A DNA stretch of 64,000 nucleotides from Gammaproteobacteria bacterium (GTDB lineage: Bacteria; Pseudomonadota; Gammaproteobacteria; HTCC5015), in contig DASUFE010000122.1 of the NCBI GenBank assembly GCA_036274675.1, forward strand, positions 14,095 to 78,094. The letters are read 5' to 3'. The position numbers and the translations under genes were made by a program. The notes beneath the pieces are model-generated. The model was not told the DNA's origin. It worked only from the letters and a program-made list of their open reading frames with translations, and ran no database searches. Shown here in pieces: positions 9,612 to 19,862 of this stretch. How positions within the stretch are numbered: the first letter of the stretch is position 1; each line of letters starts with the position of its first letter.

Positions 9612-10160
9612 TTATGCGGACGATGCCTTCCATAGCTCGGGTTCAAGTTGTACCGACTGCTCACCCGCGGCGAGCCAGAGCTGGCCGTCCTGAATGGTGC
9701 AGTTGAGCTGCATATGGCGTTGGATAAGTTTGCCGAGATCCGCGACGGCGGCGTCCGGGAGACTGTATACGCCGAGATTATCAAAACGCTCCAGTTGCTT
9801 CTGTAGTTGCTGCCACCAGATCGCTGCACTGCGATTTTGATAGCAATAAATCAAGACCCGGCGCGCGCGGCCGCAGGCCTTGCGGATTCGCTTCTCGTCG
9901 GGTTGGCCGATCTCGATCCAGAGCTCGATCTCCCCGGTGAGGGATTTTTGCCACAGCGCCGGTTCTTCGTCTTCGCTGAGACCCTTGCCGAATTCCAGCG
10001 TGGGTTCCGCATGCAATGCGTACACTGCAAGGCGTACCATCAGACGTTCTGCGGTTTCGGAAGGGTGTTGTGCCAGCGTAAGAGAATGACTCTGATAATA
10101 ATTCCGGTCAGTGTCGCTGACCTGCAGTTCGGCTTTATATATAGTGGCTTTCAGCGCCAT
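9612..10160 (-). CDS. yaeQ: YaeQ family protein
   Basis: MALKATIYKAELQVSDTDRNYYQSHSLTLAQHPSETAERLMVRLAVYAL is the characteristic YaeQ N-terminus. Length of 182 aa fits the family. Confidence 0.85.
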   Translation of the reverse strand: MALKATIYKAELQVSDTDRNYYQSHSLTLAQHPSETAERLMVRLAVYALHAEPTLEFGKGLSEDEEPALWQKSLTGEIELWIEIGQPDEKRIRKACGRARRVLIYCYQNRSAAIWWQQLQKQLERFDNLGVYSLPDAAVADLGKLIQRHMQLNCTIQDGQLWLAAGEQSVQLEPELWKASSA

Positions 10161-10229
10161 GTTGTGATCCTGGGTGGGACTTGCGCATTATACTTGATAA
10201 CTCCCGGTTGACCGCATAATCTGTGCCGC

Positions 10230-11447
10230 ATGCTCCTGTTTCCGCTACTGCGATTGATGGTGCCGCTGCTGATGTTGCCCGCCGTCTGGCTGCTGCGGGA
10301 GCCGCTGCTCCGGCCTGCCTATCGACCGCTGCTGGACTTGCTGCCTTACGCAGGGTTGATGCTTGCGATGGCGCTGTGCCTTTTCTATAACCGCGCGCGC
10401 CTGTTCACCCTGGCGCTGGCGCTGCTTACCGCCTACTGGTTGATCGATGCGCAACTGCAGTCGCGTCTGGGCGAAGCCCGGCCGCTGTTCGTCTATTGCA
10501 TGCTGGTGATCGCTCTGCCGTCGACAGGGCTGTTGCTGCTGGCCTTGCCCGAGCGCGGTCTGCGCAACCGCTATGGTTTGGCGCTTGTGCTGACTGTGCC
10601 CATGCAGCTGTGTGCGGGCTGGTTGTTGTGGAATTACTTTCCCGATACCGCCGCCGTACTTACCCATGCCTTGCCGGTGCAGCCTTTTGGCGGCCGATAT
10701 TATCTGCCCCATACCGCCGCCGGCTTATTCCTGCTCAATGCGGTCGCCGGCCTGTATGTGCTGTGCCGCTACGACAGCGAGCACGCGGCGGCCCTGCTGG
10801 GAGCGCTGCTGTTCGCGTTCGTCACTTTCGCATTCTTCAGGGAGGCACGGATCTCCGCGGTCATGCTCGGCGCAGCCGGCCTTGCACTTGTTATAAGTCT
10901 GGTGCGCAGCTCCTACGACATGGCCTATTACGACGATCTTACGGGTCTGCGCGGGCGCCGTGCGCTGAATGAGGGCCTGCGGGGCCTCGGCGGGCGCTAT
11001 ACACTCGCCATGCTGGACGTGGACCATTTTAAGCGATTCAACGACGACTACGGCCACGAAGCAGGTGATGAAGTTCTCAGGATGGTGGCTAAACGGATCG
11101 CGCGCGTGCGCGGCGGTGGCAAGGCATATCGCTACGGTGGCGAAGAATTCTGTATCGTATTCGCGGGCAGGCAGTTGGAGCAGTGCCTGCCGCACCTGGA
11201 GGATCTGCGCGCAGCGGTGGAAGATTACGAAATGTCGCTGCGGGACCGCGGGACGCGGCCACGTTCTAAAAAAGCCGGCCGGCGGCAACGCGGCATGCAT
11301 GCCGCCCCCCGGACCGTTTCGGTGACCGTCAGCGTGGGCGCGGCAGAGAACGATGAACGCCATGATAGCTTCGAGCAGGTGCTGCAAGCTGCTGATGCGG
11401 CCTTGTATAAGGCAAAAAGAAAAGGCCGCAACTGCGTTTTTTATTAA
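10230..11447 (+). CDS. Membrane-bound diguanylate cyclase (multi-TM N-terminus plus GGDEF domain)
   Basis: There are about 6 hydrophobic helices, followed by DDLTGLRGRRAL...LAMLDVDHFKRFNDDYGHEAGDEVL...YRYGGEEFCIVF (GGEEF active site) and ALYKAKRKGRN. Confidence 0.9.
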   Translation: MLLFPLLRLMVPLLMLPAVWLLREPLLRPAYRPLLDLLPYAGLMLAMALCLFYNRARLFTLALALLTAYWLIDAQLQSRLGEARPLFVYCMLVIALPSTGLLLLALPERGLRNRYGLALVLTVPMQLCAGWLLWNYFPDTAAVLTHALPVQPFGGRYYLPHTAAGLFLLNAVAGLYVLCRYDSEHAAALLGALLFAFVTFAFFREARISAVMLGAAGLALVISLVRSSYDMAYYDDLTGLRGRRALNEGLRGLGGRYTLAMLDVDHFKRFNDDYGHEAGDEVLRMVAKRIARVRGGGKAYRYGGEEFCIVFAGRQLEQCLPHLEDLRAAVEDYEMSLRDRGTRPRSKKAGRRQRGMHAAPRTVSVTVSVGAAENDERHDSFEQVLQAADAALYKAKRKGRNCVFY

Positions 11448-11572
11448 GACCTTTTACTACAGTTCAGGAGAACAAAATCTTCATACAAAAAATAAATTCG
11501 CGGAGTAAAAGCAGGTGCTTTTGTAATGAATAAGTTCTTTTCAATGCGCCCTCTCGTGGGGTGAAACCGGAA

Positions 11573-11830
11573 ATGCAGCCCTGGTACCTTTATATACTGC
11601 GTTGCGGCGATAACAGCCTTTATTGTGGAGTGACGCTTGATGTGGAGCGGCGGCTGGCGGAACACCGTGGCGGCGGTGCGCGCGGCGCGAAATATCTACG
11701 CGGTCGCGGCCCACTGCGGGTGGTTTATACCAAATGCTTCAGCTCAAAAGGCGAAGCTCTGCGCGCGGAAGCGTATATCCGGAAATTACCCCGCCAGAAG
11801 AAGGAAGGCCTGCTCGACTGGGGTATTTAA
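11573..11830 (+). CDS. GIY-YIG nuclease family protein (UPF0213/YhbQ-like)
   Basis: MQPWYLYILRCGDNSLYCGVTLDVERRLAEHRGG...GAKYLRGRGPL. The track ORF begins at the GTG at 11561. I prefer the ATG at 11573 by analogy with family N-termini, but the start is uncertain. Confidence 0.8.
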   Translation: MQPWYLYILRCGDNSLYCGVTLDVERRLAEHRGGGARGAKYLRGRGPLRVVYTKCFSSKGEALRAEAYIRKLPRQKKEGLLDWGI

Positions 11831-12050
11831 AACCTCATGGATTGTAGTTTTAAGGCCATTTTAGGGCTGGGCTCATGCAAAACCGGTGCCGATATCAAAC
11901 TTGTCACCGCAGGCCTTTTTTATAACCCACTGTCATTATCATTTTCTTTTTATTTCCTTTTGGTTGGTTCCACTCCTAGCTAGTAGTTATTTGGACTAGA
12001 TGCTTATAGTTAAATTGACAACAAGGTTTGGGCTTGCTAGCTTTATCTGA

Positions 12051-13154
<1,104 letters not shown>

Positions 13155-13230
13155 GGTGGTTTGAAAAGATTCACTTGTACTTGCATTTTCTCAAGTGACA
13201 TCCCCGCGGATTCGTCCGCGAATCTCTTAA

Positions 13231-13260
13231 GGGTGGACTTCCAGGTCCACCCTTTTTTTT
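13231..13260 (+). terminator. Intrinsic terminator of GH11 gene 1
   Basis: gggtggac-ttccag-gtccaccc stem followed by T8. Confidence 0.85.
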
Positions 13261-13531
13261 ATCCTCTTCCCCGAAAAGGAAACCCCGTGTCGAAACGCGG
13301 CCCGAATGTTCGGGATCGCTGCTCGACTTCCGGTATTTCAGTTTGGAAATGCGAATTCCAGGACGGGCAATAAAAAAATTTACATTTTTGTTTCCATTTT
13401 TTGATGCGAGCGAACACCCAGCTTGCGTTCCGGCGGAGTTCATTTATATAGTCATATCGACCATAAGTCGTTCTTCGATTCGTTTCGGTTAATCCTTGCT
13501 TCGTATTTCTTATCCTGAGAGGGGAAATTCA

Positions 13532-14620
13532 ATGAGCCTTGTCAACTTTAAGAAACTTACCGCAACCGGCAGAAGTGCCGTTGCCCTGGCCTGTGTGGCG
13601 ACACTCTGCATATCGGCGGCCCAGGCCCAGACCTGTAACGGTTACGTCGGCATTACTTTTGATGACGGCCCTACGGGGGACACCGGCACGCTGGTCAACC
13701 TGCTGAATCAGAACAACCTCAAGCCGGTGACCTGGTTCAATATCGGCCAGAACGCAGCCGGCAATCCGGGCGCGCTTGCGGGAGAGCGCAGCGTCGGCGA
13801 GGTGCAGAACCACAGCTACACACACCAGCATATGACCAGCTGGAGCACTGCGCAGGTTCAGGACGAACTGAACCGGACCAATCAGGCGATCCAGAATGCT
13901 GGCTCTCCCAGGCCCACGATTTTCCGGCCGCCTTTCGGTGAAACCAACGCCAATATCAATCAGGCGGCGGCCAATCTCGGCCTGCGGGTTGTAACCTGGA
14001 ACGTCGACTCCCAGGACTGGAACGGCGCCAGCACGGCCGCCATCGTGAACGCGAACAATCAGCTGCAGAACGGCCAGGTTATCCTGATGCACGACGGTAT
14101 TGCGAACACCCGCAACGCTATCCCACAGATCGCTTCCAACCTGCGATCCAGGGGCTTGTGCCCGGGCCGTATCGATCCGTCTACCGGCCGTGCGGTTGCG
14201 CCCTCAGGAAGTTCCAGCTCGAGCAGCAGCACCAGCAGCAGTTCTACGTCGAGTACCTCGAGTTCATCGAGCGGTGGCAGCGGCACCAAGAGTTTCACGG
14301 TTCGCGCGCGCGGCACGGCGGGCGGCGAATCGATCAGCCTGCGCGTAAACAACACCAACGTTGCGACCTGGACGCTGAACACCGCCATGACGAACTACAC
14401 GGCTTCGACCACCTTGAGCGGCGGTATCACGGTCGCCTTCACCAATGACGGTACCAACCGTGACGTGCAGGTGGATTATATCGTCGTGAATGGCCAAACC
14501 CGGCAGTCCGAAGCCCAGACGGTCAACACGGGCCTCTATGCCAACGGCCGTTGCGGCGGCGGCTCGCTCAGTGAATGGATGCACTGTAACGGTTACATCG
14601 GCTACGGCAATACGCCGTAA
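13532..14620 (+). CDS. Secreted CE4 polysaccharide deacetylase (probable acetyl-xylan esterase), poly-Ser linker, CBM60-like module
   Basis: ORF 13496..14620, start set at the ATG at 13532 (GAGAGGGGAAATTCA-ATG; signal peptide ...ISAAQA). NodB-homology motifs: TFDDGP, HSYTHQH, RPPFGE, DSQDW, ILMHD. It carries the same C-terminal module as the GH11 genes ([18 protein letters not shown]...[18 protein letters not shown]...[12 protein letters not shown]). Confidence 0.9.
   Translation: MSLVNFKKLTATGRSAVALACVATLCISAAQAQTCNGYVGITFDDGPTGDTGTLVNLLNQNNLKPVTWFNIGQNAAGNPGALAGERSVGEVQNHSYTHQHMTSWSTAQVQDELNRTNQAIQNAGSPRPTIFRPPFGETNANINQAAANLGLRVVTWNVDSQDWNGASTAAIVNANNQLQNGQVILMHDGIANTRNAIPQIASNLRSRGLCPGRIDPSTGRAVAPSGSSSSSSSTSSSSTSSTSSSSSGGSGTKSFTVRARGTAGGESISLRVNNTNVATWTLNTAMTNYTASTTLSGGITVAFTNDGTNRDVQVDYIVVNGQTRQSEAQTVNTGLYANGRCGGGSLSEWMHCNGYIGYGNTP
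14204..14287 (+). repeat. Poly-serine interdomain linker (28 codons)
   Basis: Read directly: [28 protein letters not shown]. Confidence 0.9.
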
Positions 14621-14693
14621 GCGGCACCGGAATTCACTTGTACTTGTAGTTCTCAAGTGACATCCCCGCGGATCTCGGTCCGCGACCTCTTAA

Positions 14694-14721
14694 GGGTGGA
14701 CTTCCGGTCCACCCTTTTTTT
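14694..14721 (+). terminator. Intrinsic terminator of the CE4 gene (paralogous copy of the 13231 terminator)
   Basis: gggtggac-ttcc-ggtccaccc stem followed by T7. Confidence 0.85.
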
Positions 14722-14985
14722 GCCCCTCATAGGCTTCTGTTTAATTCAAGTTCCGGCTTTTAAGGCGAAATGAGCCTTAAAAATGGAAATTTTTAGACGA
14801 TTTAGTTTTTAGTCCATGGAGTAATAACACAGATAAAGAATAAGAGCATAAAAATCTATGTATTTACCCGTGCTCTCACCTTGAACTTATACGTACTTTG
14901 ACTATAAGTAATTTCTAGGTGTTAAACACATTTTGACTATAAGCACCCTGTATCCATTTTTAATGTTAGTCGGAGGATTAAATCT

Positions 14986-16074
14986 ATGAACGGGCAAAGC
15001 ACACAAACAACTGCGCGTTGTTTCGCTAAAGGCCTCGGTTCTTCTGTAGTGACCGGTATTCTGTTGATCGCCATGTCCGCAGGAGCGCAGGCTCAAACCA
15101 TCACGTCGAATGCAACGGGTACTAACAACGGGTATTTCTATTCGTTCTGGACCGATTCCCCGGGCACGGCTTCCTTGACTCTGGGATCCGGCGGTAACTA
15201 CAGCACCTCCTGGAACAACACGGGGAATTTTACCGCGGGCAAGGGCTGGGCGACCGGTGGACGCAAGAACGTCACCTTCTCGGGCAGCTTCAACGGCGGT
15301 AACAACGGGTACCTGGCGGTTTATGGCTGGACGAGAAATCCGCTGATTGAATACTACATCGTTGAAAACTACGGCAGCTGGACCCCGCCGGGCGGCACGT
15401 CGATCGGCACTGTTAACTCCGACGGCGGCACCTATAACATCTATAAGATGCGGCGCACTAATGCTCCCTCCATTGACGGCAACCAGTCGTTTGACCAGTA
15501 CTGGAGCGTGCGCACCTCGAAGAGGTCGAGCGGTACGGTAACGACCGGCACCCATTTCGATAAATGGGGCACCTTGTCGATGCCGATGGGCAGCAGCTGG
15601 GATTACATGATTGTGGAAACTGAAGGCTATCAGAGCAGCGGTAACTCCAACATCACCGTGGGCGAATCCGCCAGCAGCAGTTCTTCGTCGTCGAGCAGCA
15701 CCTCGTCGAGCAGCAGCAGCAGCTCCAGCAGCGGCGGCTCCAAGAGCTTTACGGTACGCGCGCGCGGCACGGTGGGCGGCGAATCGATTACCCTCAGGGT
15801 GAATAACACCAACGTCGCGACCTGGACGCTGAACACGACCATGACGAACTATACCGCCTCGACCAGCCTGAGCGGCGGCATTACGGTTAACTATACCAAT
15901 GACGGCGGCAGCAAAGATGTGCAGGTCGATTACATCATCGTAAACGGCCAGACCCGCCAGTCGGAAAACCAGAGTTATAACACCGGCCTCTACGCCAACG
16001 GTAGTTGCGGCGGCGGTGGCTATAGCGAGTGGATGCATTGCAACGGTGCTATTGGCTACGGCAATACTCCTTAA
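14986..16074 (+). CDS. Secreted GH11 endo-1,4-beta-xylanase, poly-Ser linker, CBM60-like module
   Basis: GGAGGATTAAATCT-ATG RBS. The signal peptide ends AGAQA. GH11 blocks: [46 protein letters not shown]. The CBM is the same type ([18 protein letters not shown]...[18 protein letters not shown]...[12 protein letters not shown]). Confidence 0.92.
   Translation: MNGQSTQTTARCFAKGLGSSVVTGILLIAMSAGAQAQTITSNATGTNNGYFYSFWTDSPGTASLTLGSGGNYSTSWNNTGNFTAGKGWATGGRKNVTFSGSFNGGNNGYLAVYGWTRNPLIEYYIVENYGSWTPPGGTSIGTVNSDGGTYNIYKMRRTNAPSIDGNQSFDQYWSVRTSKRSSGTVTTGTHFDKWGTLSMPMGSSWDYMIVETEGYQSSGNSNITVGESASSSSSSSSSTSSSSSSSSSSGGSKSFTVRARGTVGGESITLRVNNTNVATWTLNTTMTNYTASTSLSGGITVNYTNDGGSKDVQVDYIIVNGQTRQSENQSYNTGLYANGSCGGGGYSEWMHCNGAIGYGNTP
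15667..15741 (+). repeat. Poly-serine interdomain linker (25 codons)
   Basis: Read directly: [24 protein letters not shown]. Confidence 0.9.
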
Positions 16075-16147
16075 GAACAGGAAACGATCAGTGCCTTTCC
16101 CCCGGGCACTGATCGTCGAACAACCTCCATTGTTCGAAAGGCGACCA

Positions 16148-16183
16148 AACTGCCCGGCCTGAACAGCCGGGCAGTTTCTTTTT
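16148..16183 (+). terminator. Intrinsic terminator of GH11 gene 2
   Basis: aaactgcccggc-ctgaaca-gccgggcagttt stem followed by cttttt. Two further hairpins precede it (gatcagtgcc...ggcactgatc and cgaacaa...ttgttcg). Confidence 0.8.
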
Positions 16184-16388
16184 CAACACTGTCAATTTTC
16201 CAACAGTCGCCCTGAACGCCAAGGAGCTGATTTTTCAAGAGCTTGCAAACATATGGCTTGGCAGATTTATTGCTCGAGCAGGGATAGTGCAAAGGGTTAT
16301 GGCCCCTCCAGGAAAAAAGCGTGGAGTTTCAGTAGACGCTTTTCTTCCAAGGGCGAAGGTTTTTAGATCGATTCAGAGGAGTACGCAT

Positions 16389-17426
16389 ATGAGTAACTTA
16401 AAATCCATGCAAACAATTGCAGCTGGGGTGACCGGGCTGCTGTTGATTGCCGTGTCGGCGGGAGTACAGGCTCAGCAACTCTGCAGCAATATAACCGGAA
16501 CTCAGAACGGTTTTTATTATACGTTCTGGAAAGATTCCGGAGATGCCTGTATGACGCTGGGATCAGCTGGCAACTATAGTTCATCGTGGACCAATAAGAC
16601 CAACAACTGGGTCGGTGGCAAGGGCTGGAAACCGGGTGCGCGCAGAGTCATCAGCTACTCGGGCAGCTACAGCGCGAACGGTACCAGCTATCTCGCGGTC
16701 TACGGCTGGACGAGAAGCCCGCTCATCGAGTATTACATCGTGGAGAACTGGATCAACTACAACCCCAGCCAGGGCGGAACCCCCTTAGGCTCCGTTAACG
16801 TTGATGGCAGTACCTACACCATTTTGCGCACATTGCGTCAACAACAGCCTTCGATTGACGGCACCCAGACATTCTATCAGTACTGGAGTGTCCGCCAGAA
16901 CAAGAGAACGAGCGGAACAGTGAATGTGCCAGCGCATTTTGACGCATGGGCCGCTCTGAATCTGAACCTGGGCACCCATGACTACCAGGTTATGGCGACT
17001 GAAGGCTATCAGAGCAGCGGCCAGTCCAACATCACTGTAAGCGAGTCCGGTAGCTCGTCGTCTTCCAGTTCGTCTTCGAGCAGCAGCTCTTCAAGCAGCT
17101 CCTCGTCCTCAAGCAGCAGTTCTTCAAGCAGCTCCAGCTCCAGCAGCACGAGTGGTGGCGGTACTTGTTCAAATACCGTACCGGTAGGCACTACGAATTC
17201 GGGTAACTTCAACACCACCGGCGCCTATTGTTTCAGGACGCAGATGAGTATTGCCGGCTGGGGCGTCTCGAATTTTACCGGCCGCACCATCTCCGTGACG
17301 GTTAACGGCGCAGGCACGGCGGTAACCACGGTCGGCGCGGCTCTGCCGGCTAAAGGCGCGACTGACTACTATCACTTCAACAGCAGCGCGGGCAGCTTTA
17401 ACTATGCCGCGGTTTACTGGTGGTGA
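16389..17426 (+). CDS. Secreted GH11 endo-1,4-beta-xylanase, long poly-Ser linker, unassigned Cys-containing C-terminal module of about 87 aa
   Basis: ORF 16287..17426, start set at the ATG at 16389 (GAGGAG RBS; signal peptide MSNLKSMQTIAAGVTGLLLIAVSAGVQA). GH11 blocks: [46 protein letters not shown]. The C-terminus TCSNTVPVG...GAYCFRTQMSIAGWGVSNFTGRTISVTVNG...DYYHFNSSAGSFNYAAVYWW differs from the other three modules. Confidence 0.9.
   Translation: MSNLKSMQTIAAGVTGLLLIAVSAGVQAQQLCSNITGTQNGFYYTFWKDSGDACMTLGSAGNYSSSWTNKTNNWVGGKGWKPGARRVISYSGSYSANGTSYLAVYGWTRSPLIEYYIVENWINYNPSQGGTPLGSVNVDGSTYTILRTLRQQQPSIDGTQTFYQYWSVRQNKRTSGTVNVPAHFDAWAALNLNLGTHDYQVMATEGYQSSGQSNITVSESGSSSSSSSSSSSSSSSSSSSSSSSSSSSSSSSSTSGGGTCSNTVPVGTTNSGNFNTTGAYCFRTQMSIAGWGVSNFTGRTISVTVNGAGTAVTTVGAALPAKGATDYYHFNSSAGSFNYAAVYWW
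17046..17162 (+). repeat. Poly-serine interdomain linker (39 codons, the longest in the cluster)
   Basis: Read directly: SG-S(33)-TSGGG. Confidence 0.9.
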
Positions 17427-17448
17427 TAGTCCGCGGTTAAACGTAAAA

Positions 17449-17482
17449 AACTGCCCGGTCTAAAAACCGGGCAGTTCCTTTT
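17449..17482 (+). terminator. Intrinsic terminator of GH11 gene 3
   Basis: aactgcccgg-tctaaaaa-ccgggcagtt stem followed by ccttttt. The stem sequence is paralogous to the terminator at 16148. Confidence 0.8.
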
Positions 17483-17622
17483 TATGGCGAAATATTCTTT
17501 AACCCGCGGCACTGTCGAAAATCAAAACGAGGGCGGCGGTTTCGATGGGCGACAATTATGATGCAGATGGTGATGCTTCGGACAGGGACACCCGGGAAAC
17601 CATCCCGCCTGAAATGGTTGAA

Positions 17623-19539
17623 CTAACTATCCGCCTTTTCCAGCAATAGCAACTGCCCGGCTAACAGTCTGCTCCAGAAGCGCTCCCGCAGGCCGCGGGG
17701 CTTATGCAGATGCATTCTTTCCAGGTAAGGCTGCAACCGTTCGGGAATACGGGTTAATAATGCGGCGCGAGCGAAACTCTTCAGCAGGGCTGGCTTGTCT
17801 CTCGACAAACTTTTCAGGTTTTTGAGAGCGGGCAGCAGCTTGCGTTCGACATCCGTAAAGTCGGTGCCGAGAGGATATTCGGGGAAGTGGCGGCGCATTC
17901 CCGAAAGCGCCCGTCCGATGGCTTCCGGATAATTGTTGCGAAAGGGCGAAGGCAGCGCATAATCCCGCCTCAGCTTGCCGGCCCGTTGCGCGGTATCGAG
18001 CAGGCGCTGCTGAAAGCGGCTGTCCGTGATTTTCAAAAGTTCGATAATGCTCTGTTCGTCGGTCTTGCCGCGCAGGTCCGCAATGCCATACTCCGTGATT
18101 ACAATGTCGCGCAGATGGCGTGGAATCGTAATATGACCGTAATTCCAGACAATATTGGATTCCAGCGTGGAGCCTTGCCCGCGCGTGCTCCGGATTGTCA
18201 AAACCGACCGTGCATCCGGCAAGGCATGGGCCATGGCGACGAAGTTATATTGTCCGCCTACGCCGCTGATAACCTGGCCGTTATCAAGGGTGTCGGAAAC
18301 GATGCCGCCGGTCAGGGTTGCTTTCAGTCCCGAGTTGATGAAACGCGCCTGCACGCGCTGCGCACGCTTTAGCGCATAATCGTCGCCATATAATTCGTTG
18401 GTGAAACTGACCGGGCACATCCTGATATCCAGGCTGGTTGCCGCGTCCAGTGCGCGCAGGGACTGATAGAACCCACGCGAGCCGAGACAGAAGCCGGCGT
18501 CGATAACGACGCCGCCTTTCGTTTTTTCGGCCGGATGCGAGTAAACCCTGCGCTTGATAATGCCGTTCCGGTACAGAAACCAGAGCCCGTCGCCGAGCAT
18601 TTCCGTCAAGCCGTACAGGCCGCTGCTGAATACCTCGCTGCCGCCGCAGGATGCGATAACATCTCCGAATTTTTCCATTGCGCCGACAGAGCCCAGCGCT
18701 CTCCGGTATGAGGCGTTGTCCGAATGCCGGAGATTTATACTGTGTGCGACGGCATCGCCGATCTCGCCGATTCCGAGCTGCAGGGTGCCGCCGTCCCTGA
18801 CCAGGCAGCTTGCATACAGTCCGATCATATGTTCGACGTTATCGACCGGCATGCTGATGGCATCGAAGGGTTCATAGTCGTAATCCGCCCCGGAGAGGAT
18901 TGCGTCGAAAAAACCGGGCTCGAGCCGGGAAGCGGCGCCCATAAAGGGCAGTTGCGAGTTCACCTGTCCGATCACCAGGACCTTGCGGTTCATGTCTGTA
19001 CGCAAGGCGGACAACAGGTCCGTTGTAATATCGGGATTGCAGGACAGGCTGTAGCAAAGCTCGCCGCCGATCATGGCTTGCGCCACACTCTGCGCTATTA
19101 CGTTCACCCCGAGCGCCGTCAGGTCGCGCACGACATGCGTGTAGTTCGTGTTCAACATATTGCGCTGAGCCTGCGGCGCGCCGATATAAACGCCTGGCCG
19201 CGAGTAGAATTCCAGGACTTCAATGTTAGGCGGCAGGCGGCCGGCCTTGAGAGCGGTTACGTATTCCAGTTCCGGATGCCGTGCGTAAAGACGTTGCCGG
19301 AGAGGCTCCAGAAAACGTCGCTCCAGGGGATCGGAGCTCTGCGGCGGTTGCAGTGACAGGGCGGTGATAATGGTGAGGTGCAAATTGCGGTCGGCGCAGG
19401 CACGGCGGAATAATGCGTTCACCAGCTGGACCGGTTTGCCGATGCCGAGTGGAAGGCCGAGCACGATTCGGCCGTCGGTTTCGTCTATGATGGACGCCGC
19501 GCAGCTGTCGGCATCGTTGAAATAGACGGGTTTCAGCAT
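17623..19539 (-). CDS. Acetyl-CoA hydrolase/transferase family protein (long form, about 640 aa)
   Basis: 638-aa ORF. The N-terminus IVLGLPLGIGKPVQLVNAL and the central/C-terminal blocks (GIGEIGDAV, ISGVGGQYNFVAMAHAL, VITEYGIADLRGKTD) are typical of this family. Confidence 0.8.
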   Translation of the reverse strand: MLKPVYFNDADSCAASIIDETDGRIVLGLPLGIGKPVQLVNALFRRACADRNLHLTIITALSLQPPQSSDPLERRFLEPLRQRLYARHPELEYVTALKAGRLPPNIEVLEFYSRPGVYIGAPQAQRNMLNTNYTHVVRDLTALGVNVIAQSVAQAMIGGELCYSLSCNPDITTDLLSALRTDMNRKVLVIGQVNSQLPFMGAASRLEPGFFDAILSGADYDYEPFDAISMPVDNVEHMIGLYASCLVRDGGTLQLGIGEIGDAVAHSINLRHSDNASYRRALGSVGAMEKFGDVIASCGGSEVFSSGLYGLTEMLGDGLWFLYRNGIIKRRVYSHPAEKTKGGVVIDAGFCLGSRGFYQSLRALDAATSLDIRMCPVSFTNELYGDDYALKRAQRVQARFINSGLKATLTGGIVSDTLDNGQVISGVGGQYNFVAMAHALPDARSVLTIRSTRGQGSTLESNIVWNYGHITIPRHLRDIVITEYGIADLRGKTDEQSIIELLKITDSRFQQRLLDTAQRAGKLRRDYALPSPFRNNYPEAIGRALSGMRRHFPEYPLGTDFTDVERKLLPALKNLKSLSRDKPALLKSFARAALLTRIPERLQPYLERMHLHKPRGLRERFWSRLLAGQLLLLEKADS

Positions 19540-19640
19540 TTCATCTTTTACGCGCGGCGCCGGCGGAGATGCTTAGCGAAAATTCAAGAAGTGCGAATTC
19601 CACACCCCTTTCAGTGAAAGGGGTGCGCCAGGTATTGAAG

Positions 19641-19739
19641 TCAACCGGAAGCCTTGCCCCGTTTTAACTGTCTCTTTTCCTTCAGACTGAGTTTGGGTTT
19701 TTTCTTGACTTCCTTCTTCGTATCTTTGGACTTGCTCAT
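19641..19739 (-). CDS. Small lysine-rich basic protein (32 aa)
   Basis: Below the ORF-track size cut-off. My translation: AGGAGA-cgtcg-ATG, MSKSKDTKKEVKKKPKLSLKEKRQLKRGKASG, stop TGA. A cacccctt-tcactgaa-aggggtg hairpin follows on the same strand. Confidence 0.5.
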   Translation of the reverse strand: MSKSKDTKKEVKKKPKLSLKEKRQLKRGKASG

Positions 19740-19862
19740 CGACGTCTCCTTACGGAAATGGAACCGCGACTATGATAATCCTAAGGATGGTTAAAGCAAA
19801 TTCCTTCCCCGTGATTTGCGCGCTGCTCCTCATTCAGACGTCAACGCGACAGGAACGAAATA

